Shown here piece by piece: positions 38,274-50,468 of a stretch of DNA of 64,000 nucleotides. A program made the translations under genes and the position numbers. The DNA comes from Eledone cirrhosa (Eukaryota), in the NCBI GenBank assembly GCA_964016885.1, contig OZ024742.1, positions 94,178,001 through 94,242,000 on the forward strand. Reading direction: 5' to 3'. The notes beneath the pieces were generated by a model. That model was not told where the DNA came from. It saw only the letters and a program-made list of their open reading frames with translations, and did not search any database. Every line of letters starts with the position of its first letter. Position 1 is the stretch's first letter.

Positions 38274-39950
38274 GTTTTCTTTATTAACCACAAAAGTTTA
38301 CATAAAGTAGACATTAAGGACAGTACAGGACAATACAGGACGGTACAAATGGGCATTTCTGCGTGTACAAAACAAAAACAGAGGATGTAACAAAAAAATA
38401 ACAATGAAAAATTACCCAATAAAGGGGAGATTTCGGAGGGACATTTGTGGAGAAAGCCTATTAAAAGGCCACAGTGACCCTGACCACCAGGGCTAGTGCC
38501 CTCTCCCAGTTTTCCACCTTCAATTTACAGGCACATACTCAAGTAGGCCCATTTACACAGGCCATTCTTGCATCTCTCACCCATCTTTCAACTAAATACT
38601 GGGAAGAGAGCACTTCCCTCGCTTTCCTGATTTTCCTTTTTAAATGAAACTTGAAAAAGTTAATCAGGGCATCCCCGAAGAGGTAAATGCTCGTCTTCAG
38701 CTCTTTCAAATGAGTCCACCATACTATCTCTTTCGCCATGGCAACCAGACAGATAACAATTGCCTGCCCTTCCCGGTTAAAGGAAGAGGGCGGGGCAATC
38801 CTCACGATGGACTCAGCTGACAGCTGGATCCGTCCTACACGTGACAGCAGGTGTTCGACATAAACCCACAAGCCAGCAATGCTCGCACACTGGACGAGTG
38901 CGTGCAGGATGGTTTGGTCGCCCTGCACGCATCTCGGACATGCCCGGCTGACGATACCTCCATACCTGTAGAGTTTATCCCAAACTGGCAAGGCTCCTCG
39001 GTAGCACTGCCAGGCCAGAGATTTCTGGAAGTTGTTCATAGGCCCCATTCTGAAGAGATTGGCTAGTTGATTTTCGTTGACGCCTAGAGTTTCACCAAGT
39101 ACGTCTTCGGTCTTCCCCTCCACTTATCCTCGATAGAACGCCAAGGTGGAATCTCCACCGATCACATTGCCCAATTGGGTCAAGGGCTGTGAGCGCCTGA
39201 AGGCTTTCCAGTCTCCAAGCGCTCCCTCTCGGTCTTTGCTTGACCCAGGACTGCAGCTCCGTCAAGGAAACGAGCTGGGGAAAGACGCATCTAGTAAACG
39301 GCGACCACACCTGATCACCGTCGAGGAAGAGGTTCAGATGTCATAGCCTGAGTGCATGTCTGTGCATCATCAGCCACGGCATGCCAAGCCCTTCACATAG
39401 CGGGTGTTGACAGCAGATGGACCGCCTGACCATCGGAGCGCATCCCTTCCACAAAAAGCGAAAGAGCAAACGCTCCAGCGCAATCAGGCGAAGCTTAGGA
39501 CAAGGCACGATGGTCAGGCGGTAGTAGATGACAGATATGATGTATGCATTAGCCACCTCCGCTCGACTTTTCAGGGATAGCTTCCTCTCCTCCCATTTCT
39601 GGGTGAGAGAAGCCACCCTGCTCGTCACCTCGTCCCAGTTTTTTTCTGTCTGGACGTCCGGACTGAACCAGACCCTTAGCAATTTAACCAGTCCGTTCCT
39701 CCAGCGTCCGACGATGCTGTTGTTCGGCATGGACCTGCCTCGTCAGGTGCCGAGCTGCAGGCCCACCGACTTTTCCTGGTTGATCATTGCTCCTGTCACC
39801 GCTTCATATTCTCTTAGTGTAGTGCCGATCACCTCGATGTGTTTGGCTTTTGACACCACTACGGTGACATCGTCCGCATATACTGACACGGATATTCCGC
39901 ATCCTAGTTCACACGGGACCCCCCTCAACGTCTCCAGTTTGTGCAGTAAT
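38274..39950 (-). mobile_element. 5'-truncated Tx1 copy
   Basis: Colinear with 28716-30403; 'VYADDVT' and 'CPRC..HALVQC'; (AAT)n on both sides. Confidence 0.92.
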
Positions 39951-39997
39951 AATAATAATAATAATAATGATGATAATAACAATAATGATAATAATAA

Positions 39998-41827
39998 TTA
40001 TTGATAAGATGGTAATGAGGAATTGCAAGAGGAGGCACACTGGTCTTGCCATGGGATGGATAGATTACAAAAAGGCATTCGATATGGTACCCCATTCTTG
40101 GATAACCAAAATCCTAGAGATCTTCAAGGTGGCAGATAACATCAGACAGTTGTTGAGCAAAAGTATGAAGTCCTGGGAAACAGAGTTAACATCAGCTGGA
40201 GAATCCTTGGGTGCGTGAAGATCAAGAGAGGTATCTTCCAGGGAGATAGTTTGTCCCCTCTGCTGTTTGTCCTTGCCCTAATACCCCTGACCGTTATATT
40301 GCGAAAACTGACAGCAGGATACAAGTTGGGAAAAGGAGAGCTTACCATCAACCACCTCCTCTTCATGGACGATATTAAACTGTTTGGGAAGAGTGAGAAG
40401 GAGTTGGATGTACTTGTTGACACTGTCCGTATTTTCAGCAATGATATATGTATGCAGTTTGGTATTGGTAAGTGTGGAGTCATTGTGATGAGGAGGGGTA
40501 GGTTGAGCAGAAGTAACGGAATCCAGGTACCAACAGGTGAGATGATAAAGGAAATTGACATTGAGGAGGGATACAAATATTTAGGTATTCTGGAGGCAGA
40601 TGACATCAAGAACAAAAAAATGAAGGAATTTATAAGATCTGAGTACATAAGGAGAGTAAGGGGTGTATTAAAATCACATCTAAATGCAGTGAATTCCCAA
40701 GATGTGTCTATTATTAGGTACAGGGAATTCTGAAATGGAATGTTCCTGAACAAAAAGAAATGTAGACTAGGAAGCTATTGACTATCTACAACATGTTCCA
40801 CAAGAGGAGGGATGTCGATCGACTCTACTTACAGAGATCTGAAGATGGAAGAGGTCTTATCAGCATAGAGGACTGTGTTCAGATGGAGAAAAACAACCTG
40901 CACAAATACATGACGGACAGAAGGGAGCCAATGCTCAAAATTGTAATGAAGGAGAAGACAATCGACCAGGAAGAAATAACAACAAGGAGGAAGAGCAAAA
41001 AAATCCCTTCATAGTATCTTCTTTAGGAAAACTGAATTTAGAGATCCACAGACATGGAACTGGATAAAAAGAGGAGACCTTAAAAAAGCTACAGAAGGAA
41101 TGCTAATGGCTGCGCACGAGCAAGCCCCCAGAATGAAGTGGGTGAAACACCATATGTACAAGGAGGAGGCTAGCTCACTGTGTAGGATCTGTGGAGAGAG
41201 AGAGGAAACCATGGCTCACATTGTATCCGAGTGTAAACACCTGGCCCAGACTCACTATAAAGATTGGAGACATGATGTGATGGGCAGGGTGATCCACTGG
41301 CACCTATTCAAAGTAAACAATTTACCACATTCTGAGAAGTGGTATGAGCATAAGCCAGAGTCGGTGATAGAAAACGATCAGGTGAAGGTGCTATGGGATT
41401 TTAGGATACAGACGGACAAGAAATTAGAACTCAATAATCCTGACCTGGTGGTTTTGGACAAGGAAAAAAGATTGTGTCTGATTGTAGATGTAGCCTTCCC
41501 ATTTGACACAAGAGTGCAAGAAAAGGTGAGGGAGAAAATTAACCGATACCAGGACTTAAAGTGGGAGTTAAAAAGGATTTGGAACTGCCATGAAATCAAG
41601 CTTGTCCCGATTGTCATAGGCGCACTAGGTACTATCTCAAAGAGTTTCCAAGGATGGTTAAAGAAGATTAGTCCAGCCCCGCTTTTTGGAACACTTCAAA
41701 AGGCATGCTTGCTGGGACCACAAGAACCCTCCGATACGTCCTGACTATCTTAGGCTGCAGGTAGCAGCTTGATATTCATTTCAACAAACTTTCCAGTTAA
41801 GTACCATCAATGACTGAGACTCAAAGA
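39998..41827 (+). mobile_element. 5'-truncated, frameshifted R4/Dong copy
   Basis: Colinear with ~36359-38237; (AAT)n on both sides. Confidence 0.92.
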
Positions 41828-41849
41828 ACAATAATGATAATAATAATAA

Positions 41850-42215
41850 TATTGATAGATATAGCAGTACTGTCTGATAGGAACACTGGTGTAGAACATT
41901 TTCAAATTCTCCAAATACAAAGTCCTAGAAATAAATATAACTTTTACTTACCTGTAGTGACTGGAGATTTGGTAATGATCTAAAAGGGTGGTAACAAGAA
42001 ACTGACCAAAAATATCAGGTAATCCTAACCTTTTTGAAATTCAGAAAATTAACAACCCACATCCTTCACAAAGCTTTGTCAATTTAATTGTGTCGTATGT
42101 CGAGGGTTGTATTGAAAATATTGTCTTAATGTAGAAGTAGCATAAAACTTGTTAGCCTGACATTCCAAGTAAGAACTTGGTTGACAATGAAAACAAATTG
42201 AGATGAAAAAAAAAC
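41850..42215 (+). mobile_element. 3' remnant of a further REL-type LINE family in (AAT)n
   Basis: Decayed 'IDIAVLSDRN', 'SKYKVLEI', 'PVVTG', 'ISGNPNLFEIQKI', 'HILHKALSI*', followed by an A-rich and then AAT tail. Confidence 0.6.
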
Positions 42216-42231
42216 AAAATTTATAATAATA

Positions 42232-42320
42232 ATATTAACCACCCAGGGTTTACATAAGAGACAATAAAGATGGTACAAGGCGGTTCAGTGTGGATTATAG
42301 AATGGTTTATATCAAAGATT
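42232..42320 (-). mobile_element. Very short 3'-end remnant of a Tx1-related element
   Basis: ATTAACCACCCAGGGTTTACATAAGAGACAATAAAG resembles Tx1 ATTAACCACAAGGGTTTACATAAAGTAGACATTAAG; AAT flanks. Confidence 0.55.
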
Positions 42321-42337
42321 AATGATAATAATAATAA

Positions 42338-42732
42338 TTGTTACTACTTTTGACACAAGGCCAGCAATTATCACAGTGTATTACTGGTACTTTATTTTAT
42401 CAACCCCGTAAGGATGAAAGGCAAAGTTAACCTCGGTGGGATTTGAACTCAGATCATAAAGGGCCGTAACTCTTTGCTGCAAAGCATGGCGTCTGACCCT
42501 CTACCGATACTGCCACTCCACCGCCCTTGATAATAATAATAATAATTGTTTCTACGTTAGGCACAAGGCCAGCAATTACCTAGTGCATTACTGGTACTTT
42601 ATTTTATCGACCCCGTAAGGATGGAAGGCAAAGTCAACCTCGGCGGGATTTGAACTCAGATCGTAAAGGGACGTAACTATGCTGGAAAGCATGGCGTCCG
42701 ACCTTCTACCGATACTGCCAATCCACCACCCT
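42338..42732 (-). mobile_element. Tandem pair of SINE-A copies separated by (AAT)n
   Basis: Two complete reverse-strand copies at ~42338-42527 and ~42547-42732. Confidence 0.9.
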
Positions 42733-43433
42733 TAAGCATAGTGTTGTAAGGCCAGTTTTCCCTGCTATAGCAGAGGCACCATACCAAGCTTCTTATAGGC
42801 ACCTACCAAGCTTCTCCATTTTGCTCTCTCTTCTGAATCTTCCTTACAAACCGCTAGCTTATTTCCTTCTCCATAATCATCAGCAATATCCTTCTTGGTT
42901 TTCCCTTCCTCCAATTCTTTCTCCATTCATTTCCATAATTCATCTCACCAAATCACACTCATCCTTCTTCAACACAGTTTACCTTGAAACCAATAGCCAC
43001 AATCTGTACAATTTCAGCTTTAAGGTAAAACTTATAATCTATTCTAAAATAGGCTTCAATGTGAACATTCATTAATGTTAATAACAGACATATTCCTTTA
43101 TGTGAAAGGTAAAGAACTCTTAAAATTTCACGTGATCAAAATTTAATTCATCAGGGGCAAGTAAGTTTGCATTACAGCTGGACGTATAATTAAAAATATT
43201 TAGAATAACTATGAACATTTAAAAACAAACAGACATTAGTAGTTTTCATTTGTGTTGCAAAGAGTTGTGTTTTGAGATTTTGCTTGAAATATTCCTGACA
43301 ATAATATTGTTTTTATTCCTGATGTGTGTGAGGGACTGCTTGAGTCACTGTTTTATGGGCATTATGTATCTGAGAGTAAAAGAATTATCCCATTCACAAA
43401 CAGGGATAACCTCTAAGTGCTACTGATAATAAT

Positions 43434-43619
43434 TGTTTCTACTTTAGGCACAAGGCCAGCAATTACCCAGTGCATTACTGGTACTTTATTTTATCGACCC
43501 CGTAAGGATGAAAGGCAAAGTTAACCTCGTCGGGATTTGAACTCAGATCGTAAAGGGACGTAACTATGCTGGAAAGCATGGCGTCCGACTCTCTACCGAT
43601 ACTGCCAATCCACCGCCCT
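43434..43619 (-). mobile_element. SINE-A with 18-bp TSD
   Basis: AGTGCTACTGATAATAAT at 43416-43433 and 43621-43638. Confidence 0.9.
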
Positions 43620-43732
43620 CAGTGCTACTGATAATAATGTTCAGCTGTGTGAACTGGAGCAGTGTGAAAAGAAGTGCCTTGTTCTATGGCATAACATATC
43701 TGGGAATCAAAACCATGGCCTTATGATTATGA

Positions 43733-43849
43733 GACCACAACATATTCATGGCGTTATTGATGGGAGTCAAGTTTGTTGACTCCTTCATGGTGAATCCTGG
43801 AAACAGATCACTATTATCCGATCTTGATCAGGCGTACAGCAACAAGAAG
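43733..43849 (+). mobile_element. 117-bp retroposed fragment (probable LINE 3' end) with 18-bp TSD, inside a SINE-B relic
   Basis: ATGGCCTTATGATTATGA at 43715-43732 and 43850-43867; insert ends CAACAAGAAG. Confidence 0.65.
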
Positions 43850-44189
43850 ATGGCCTTATGATTATGATCCTTCACAATATTCTTGCTAAGGCAGTCTAGT
43901 AGTTCCTTCTCTCCTACTACTTTTGGTGGATATTGTTTCTGAGCTACTTACAAAAGTCTCTTTTAATCCTTGCTGATCCCCAGCAACTGTTGGTCTCTAT
44001 AGTTTATTGTTATGTTGCTGAAGACTGTTTATTTTGATTCAGTTTAACATATTCCTTACAATAATGTTTCTTTTATTCCTGGCAATGCTATACAATATCT
44101 TTCTTTAAGATATTTCTTTTAGAGGGCATTGTGCTGTGCTACTTAACCTGTTTTGTATGCTATTTCTCATGAAGGACATTGCCTGTGAT

Positions 44190-44368
44190 TTTAAAATAAT
44201 TTTGAAAATAATCATTAAAATAATATTTATTAAGCTGGGTTTTAAAGCACAACTTATTAAAGACCCTTACATAAAATTATGATGGAATGGTTTTAGATAA
44301 ATATAAATATTTTAAAATAAACAGTTCTGTATTGTAGAAGTAGGGGCAGTTTGGTAACAAAAGGGTTA
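44190..44368. mobile_element. AT-rich dispersed repeat, possible piggyBac-like MITE remnant
   Basis: Ends GGTAACAAAAGGGTTAA (GGG plus TTAA); similar sequence at ~15390-15560 and, reversed, ~45800-45900. Confidence 0.35.
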
Positions 44369-45194
44369 AGATGTTTTTTCCTGCTCTTAACAGATCAGAA
44401 CATTTATAGTCTCTGTGTTGTATCTATGCTGTTGTGTTGCTGAAGACTGCGTATTTGGGCTCAGTTCAACATTTTTCTGCAAGTAATGCTGTTTTATTCT
44501 TGACAATTCTTTCTAATAGTTCTTTCTATCCTATTTCTTTTGGCACATATTGTTTCTGAACTACTCAACATCGTTTTTCGGCTCTCAGCTGCTCTCCAAC
44601 AATGTTATGGTCTCCATGGTGTATCTATGGACACTTTGTTGAAAGAATAGAACATGTTCATCTATTGAAGTCTTCAAGTCAGGTAATAAAAAGGATGATA
44701 TTTAAAGTGAAACATGAATCAATTATCAAAAACAAAACCATTTTATATATTATTTATATTTTTATGTTGTTTTATTTTTATTCATAGAATGTGCAGCACT
44801 CTTGGTTATTAAAGAATTTAGCCATAAACATTGCAGCCCATGTGTGAAAGAAATACATGTTTGCAACAACCACATAAAAGTCAACAATAACATTACAACA
44901 GGAAAAACAACAGCAGCATCAGTAACAAGGGCTACAATGACATCAACAGCAACAATAATGTTCCTCAACAACAGAACCTGTTAAAAACAAAAGATTATCC
45001 AAACTGTATTGTGTGTCCCATTTATTTTTCTTTGTCCCTAACACCATATTGTAATTCTTCCAAATCAACATAACCACCATTACTCCAAGAATGGGGAATT
45101 GACAGAAAATGGTAATGTTCTAGAGTAAGGGGCTAGGACGAACCTAATAAATCATTTTCTCTACAATGAGAAAGTAAATCACTATACACTATAT

Positions 45195-45200
45195 ACATAC

Positions 45201-45266
<66 letters not shown>

Positions 45267-45290
45267 ATTTATATTTCTTTTTCTCTCTCG

Positions 45291-45387
<97 letters not shown>

Positions 45388-45405
45388 TTAAATATGTATA
45401 TATAA
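45195..45405. repeat. (TG)n-(TC)n-(TA)n compound microsatellite
   Basis: Visible runs. Confidence 0.95.
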
Positions 45406-46379
45406 GAATATTGTCCATCTCATGCAAGCATGGAAAAATGGATGTAAAAGCGATGATGATGATGCTAATTACTAAAGAGCTTACACATTTTTCAGATGTT
45501 CTAATAAAGACATAATTATAAAACTAGTTATTTTATTCTCTTTTGACAGCTTGTAGTGAAAAGTAAAGTAAAATTAATTGTTACGGGTATTGAATTTATT
45601 CATTCCTGACACCATCAAACCACTAATGAAAGAAAATATATTTAGCTTCAGATCAAATAATCTACTCTCCAAAATGACTGACCTTGAAAAGTGTAAAAGC
45701 GATTTAATTTACACATTCATGGCTGATTTCCTAATGAAATATAATATATTTGAATTAATTAGCCATTTTGAGAGATTTACTAAAATTATTAACTATTTCA
45801 TGGCTAATATAGTAATTTAGCATATGGTTCTTATATAAAATTATGTTGGAAGATTTTAATATAATTAGGAACCCTTTAAATTGGGTGGCTTTTTTTCATA
45901 GAACCAAACTCACTTTTAGCTGGGTTAGTATCAAAAGAGTGAAACATAAAAACAGTAAAGTTTTAAAATTGTATCAATTATTCCCCAAAGTGAATAAATT
46001 AACAAATACAACCGTTTAAAATTTTAAATAATACCTATGTGTTAGATTAAAGATTAAATAAATTGCCCATAAATAAAATTGCAAGTTTGCTTCACAACCA
46101 TATTGTTTTGAGCTCTGTCTCCAATGCATGGCACTGTGGGCAAGTATTTGTCTAAATTTGTGTTGTTCGTTTATGTTCTGTCACTTACTGGTTTGGCAAA
46201 TAGAGATAGATAACATATGTACCAGACTTAACAAAAGCTGGGGTTGATATGATGAAATAAAACCCTTTAAGACAGTGTACGCTAGTATAGTCCTTTCGAT
46301 GCCCAAAACTAGTAAAAGAACAAATATCATATTATTATCAGATAATAAAGCGAAAAAGACAAATATCTAGATGCTAACT

Positions 46380-47020
46380 CCACCAGTTGCAGACTGCGCA
46401 TCAACATGAGCTATTTTTCTCCCTAAAGTTCAATCAACAACGGAGTTTAAAGAGCATAGGTCATGTCCAATCCATAAGTTGACATTATCAAGCCATCGTT
46501 TTGCCTGGCAACTTCTGCTTCTCTTACCAGCCAACTTTCCTTCTATGCATAACTTACTCACACCACGAGTTAATCTTTTGATATGACTATACATTTTAAG
46601 CACTCTTGACCTGACAACTAATGTGATTGGTTTAAGCCAGTGATCTTGAGCTGCCTACTGACACAGAGATGGTTGCTGAGCTGCTTGCCAGTCATAAGTC
46701 TCATGATGTCATTCTGGATTGTAGAGATCTTCTGAAGTGTTTGGCCAGTACATTCAGAAAGTTTTGCAGATCAGTTCTAGAGTAACTCATGATGACCAGA
46801 TCATCTGCATAGCTAAGATTTGATAGGTTTTTACCTACTATTTGACAGTCGGAGGAGCATTCTTCTTCAGTTTGGTAGATAAGTATTGTTATAACTATAC
46901 AGAAAAGTGCTGATTATACATACCCCTGCTTAACTCCCTTCAAGCTGTCTATACACCATGAAGTTCCCAAATCTGTTTTGATATATGCTGTTGAGTTGGT
47001 GTAAATTTCTTTGAGTAGAA
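46380..47020 (-). mobile_element. Degenerate LINE reverse-transcriptase fragment
   Basis: Minus-strand 'GVKQGYIIS' and 'NLSNLSYADDLVIM' at ~46790-46940. Confidence 0.7.
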
Positions 47021-48279
47021 AGCTAAAAGAACAATATATATTATAAAAGAGGACCTCTTTCTTCATCTGTCTGTCCATCACACATACATGTAGGAGGAAA
47101 AAGGGAGGAATGAAAGGGGAGGCAACCCCCTTTTATAAGTTGAGAGGAGAAAGGAGATAACTTATATCATGCATAAAGTTTATTGCAAGTGTTAGGGGTA
47201 ATAAGACAGAGATCTGATGGAGTGGTGGTGATGAGGAGCCAGTGGGGAGGGGGAACTTAGTATATAATAAAATAAACCATATTACATAATGAATGGCAAA
47301 TGTAAACCTTAGCAACAAAATTAAATATAGAAGACTGTAAAATGTCTTGCCTCAATCAAAACCTTTCTTTGTAATAGAAGGTTGGGTGAAGATTAGTGTT
47401 CCCGCCTCAGTATATTTCAGGTATTTAATCTATTGAATCCTCGGTTCATAGGAATTTAGAATGTACATGTATGAGCTTATATAATGGTTTTCCACTTAGA
47501 CATATGGCCACACATTTTGGAGAAAAGACCCATTGATTTTATTGCAATGCATACGAATTTCACTTGTACTTGTACCTGTTTAATAAACCACAATGGATGA
47601 TCTCACTATGTAAATTGACAAAACTAAGTACAATATGGTATTTTATCCAGTTTTCAATCTATTCTGCAATCTTCTATCTTTACACATGGAAAAGAATGTT
47701 TCCTACCCCCATTCCTACTGACTTGTCATACACACAGAAATATATATATTACAACTTTCCTTTCTTAAGATACTAACAGAATTGAGGGAAGAAAAATAGC
47801 TAGAATGAGGGGTCAGCGTTTTGCTACTTTCAAGGCTTCTGGAGAAATCATTGCTGGTCACATAATCAAAATATAAATACAGAAGATTATAACTAGGTCT
47901 ATTAATCACATTTCAGAGATGTAAGACTTTAAATATTTACATCCACACCACATTTCAATAGGTTTGATCTCTGATTGTCATCAATTTTCTCATTCCATAA
48001 TTTGTAAATAGTATGATACTGTAATTGAATAAAGATCTTTTATTTGTAGGAAATGAAAGGAACTAATCATAAGTATAAAACAAGGAAAATATATTTTCAT
48101 TGGTTTTTCCGTTGCTGATACTATCTGCCAGTTACCATTCCTGCTAGAATTGTCACAATCGTGCTAATAACAGGAACTGGGATTTGAACTAAATATGTAG
48201 AGCTGGAATGGATATCTCATCAAACACTGAAAACAATTTCACTAACCTACAACTCTTAGACTGGTATTTTATTTATCAA

Positions 48280-50468
48280 CTGCTATTCCTAGAACACCTA
48301 AGGAACACTATGAGGTTCCCTCTATTTAGCTGCTATTTCTACCATACCAATAGACCACCATGAGGTGCCCCCTTTTTAGCCTATGTAGCTGCTATTTCAA
48401 GAACATCTATGGACCACCATGAAGTTTCCCCTTATTTAGCTGCTATTTCGAGCATAACTATGGACCACTATAAAGTTCCCTCATTAGCTGCTATTTCTAG
48501 CACACCTATGGAACACCATAAGGTTCCTATTATTTTTGATGATGTGGCTGCTATTTCCAGCACACCTATGGCCTCTATAAGGTTTCCCCAGTTCTTGCTG
48601 ATGTAGCTGCTATTTCCCCTGTTTAGCTGTTGCAACTGCTATATCTTGCACACCTATAGCCCACCATGACTTTACCGATTTAGCTACTATGTCTAGCACA
48701 CATATAGACTACAATGTGGCTCCCTGTTTAGCTGCCATTTGTATGACATCTAAGGACCAGCATGAAGTTTGCACCTATTTAGCTGCTATATCTAGCACAC
48801 ATACGGACCACCCTGAGGTTTCCCTATTTAGCTGTTATTTTTAGTACACCTATGGATCACTGTGAGGTTCCCCCTATTTAGCTGCTATTTCTAACACACC
48901 TAAGGAGGAAAATGAGGTTCCTCTATTTAGCTGCTATTCCTCCAACACCTGTGAACGACCATGTCATTCTCCCTTTTTATCTGCTATTTCTAGCCCACAT
49001 ATGGATCAGCATGAGGTTTCTCTTGTTTAGCTGGTGTAGCTGCTATTTCTAGCACACCTATGTACCACCATGAGGTTCCCCTGTTTAACCGATGAAGATG
49101 CTATTTCTAGCAAACCTATGTAACACTATGGTGTTGTCCATTTTGAGCTGCTATTTCTCGTACATCTATGGATCACCATTAAAAACACCTTCCATTTAGC
49201 TGCTATTTCTAGTACGCCTATGGCCACCATGAGGTTTCCTTTATTTTGCTGCTATTTCCAGCATACAGAGGCTCCTCCTCCTTTTTCTCATGTAGCTACT
49301 ATGTCCAGCATACCTACGGACCACCATGAGCTTACCCCATTTAGCTGCTATTTCTAGCACACCTATGAAGCAAAATGATGTTCCCCCTATTCAGCTGCTA
49401 TATCTAGCAAACCTTTGGACAACCATGCATTTCCACCTGTTAAGGTGCTGTTTCTAGCACACCTATAGTCCACCATGAAGTCCCCCTGTTTAGCTGATTT
49501 AGCTGCTTTTGTAGCACACCTATGGACCACTATGAAGAAACCCATGTTTAACTGATGTATCTGCAATTTCTAGCACATCTACGGACCACCATGAAGTTTC
49601 CACCTATTTAACTGAAATATCTATCATGCCTGTGGACCTCTATGCGGTCCCCCCTATTTAGCTGCTATTCCTAGCACACCTATGAAGCACCATGTGGTTT
49701 TCCCTGTTTAGCTGTTATTTCTAAAATGCCTATTGAACATCATGAAGTTCCCCCATTTAGTTGATGTAGCTGCTAATTCTAGCCCACCTCTAGTTCTTCA
49801 TATTTAGCTGCTATGTAGAGCATACCTATGGTCCAAGATGATGTTCTGAACATTTAGATGCTGTTTCTAGCACACCTATAGATCTCCATGAGGCCCCCCC
49901 GCCTTTTCAGCTGCTTTTTCTACCAAACCTATGGACCACAGTAAGGTTTTCCTTATTTAGCTGCTATTCCCAGCAAACCTATGGACTGTCATGATATTCT
50001 CTCTATTTAGTTGCTATTTCAAGTATATTTATGGACCACCATGACGTGCTCCTATTTAGCTGCTATTTCTAGCACACCTATGGCCACCATGATATTCTCT
50101 ATATTTAGTTGCTATATCTAGCATATATATAGTCCACCAAGAGGCTCCCCCGTTTAGCTTCTATTTCTAGCACACGTATGGACCACCATGAAGCCCCTCC
50201 TGTTTAACCAATGAAGCTGCTATTTCTAGTACACCTATAGACCATCATGAGGTACCCCCCATTTAACTGAATAAGCTGCTATTTTTAGCACACCTATGAA
50301 CCACCATGAGGTTTCCCCCCATTTAGCTGTTATTTCGAGCATACCTATAGACCAATATAAGCTTCTCCCCATTTAGCTGTTATTTCTAGCACACCTATGA
50401 ACCAGCATGACTTTGCCCCCTATTTAGCTGCTATTTCTAGCACACCTATGGACCACCATAAAGCTCCT
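48280..50468. repeat. Diverged ~50/59-bp tandem array, roughly 40 copies
   Basis: Consensus ATTTAGCTGCTATTTCTAGCACACCTATGGACCACCATGAGGTTCCCCCT; some units carry an extra ~9 bp (GCTGATGTA). Confidence 0.95.

Noticed and set aside
43110-43160. CUGAUGA...GAAA on the minus strand
   Set aside because: No convincing stem I or stem III; probably chance or too decayed to call.
48280-50468. CRISPR-like look: conserved TAGCTGCTATTTCTAGCA with variable intervening sequence
   Set aside because: The 'spacers' are all homologous to one another, there are no cas genes and the context is eukaryotic; it is a diverged minisatellite.
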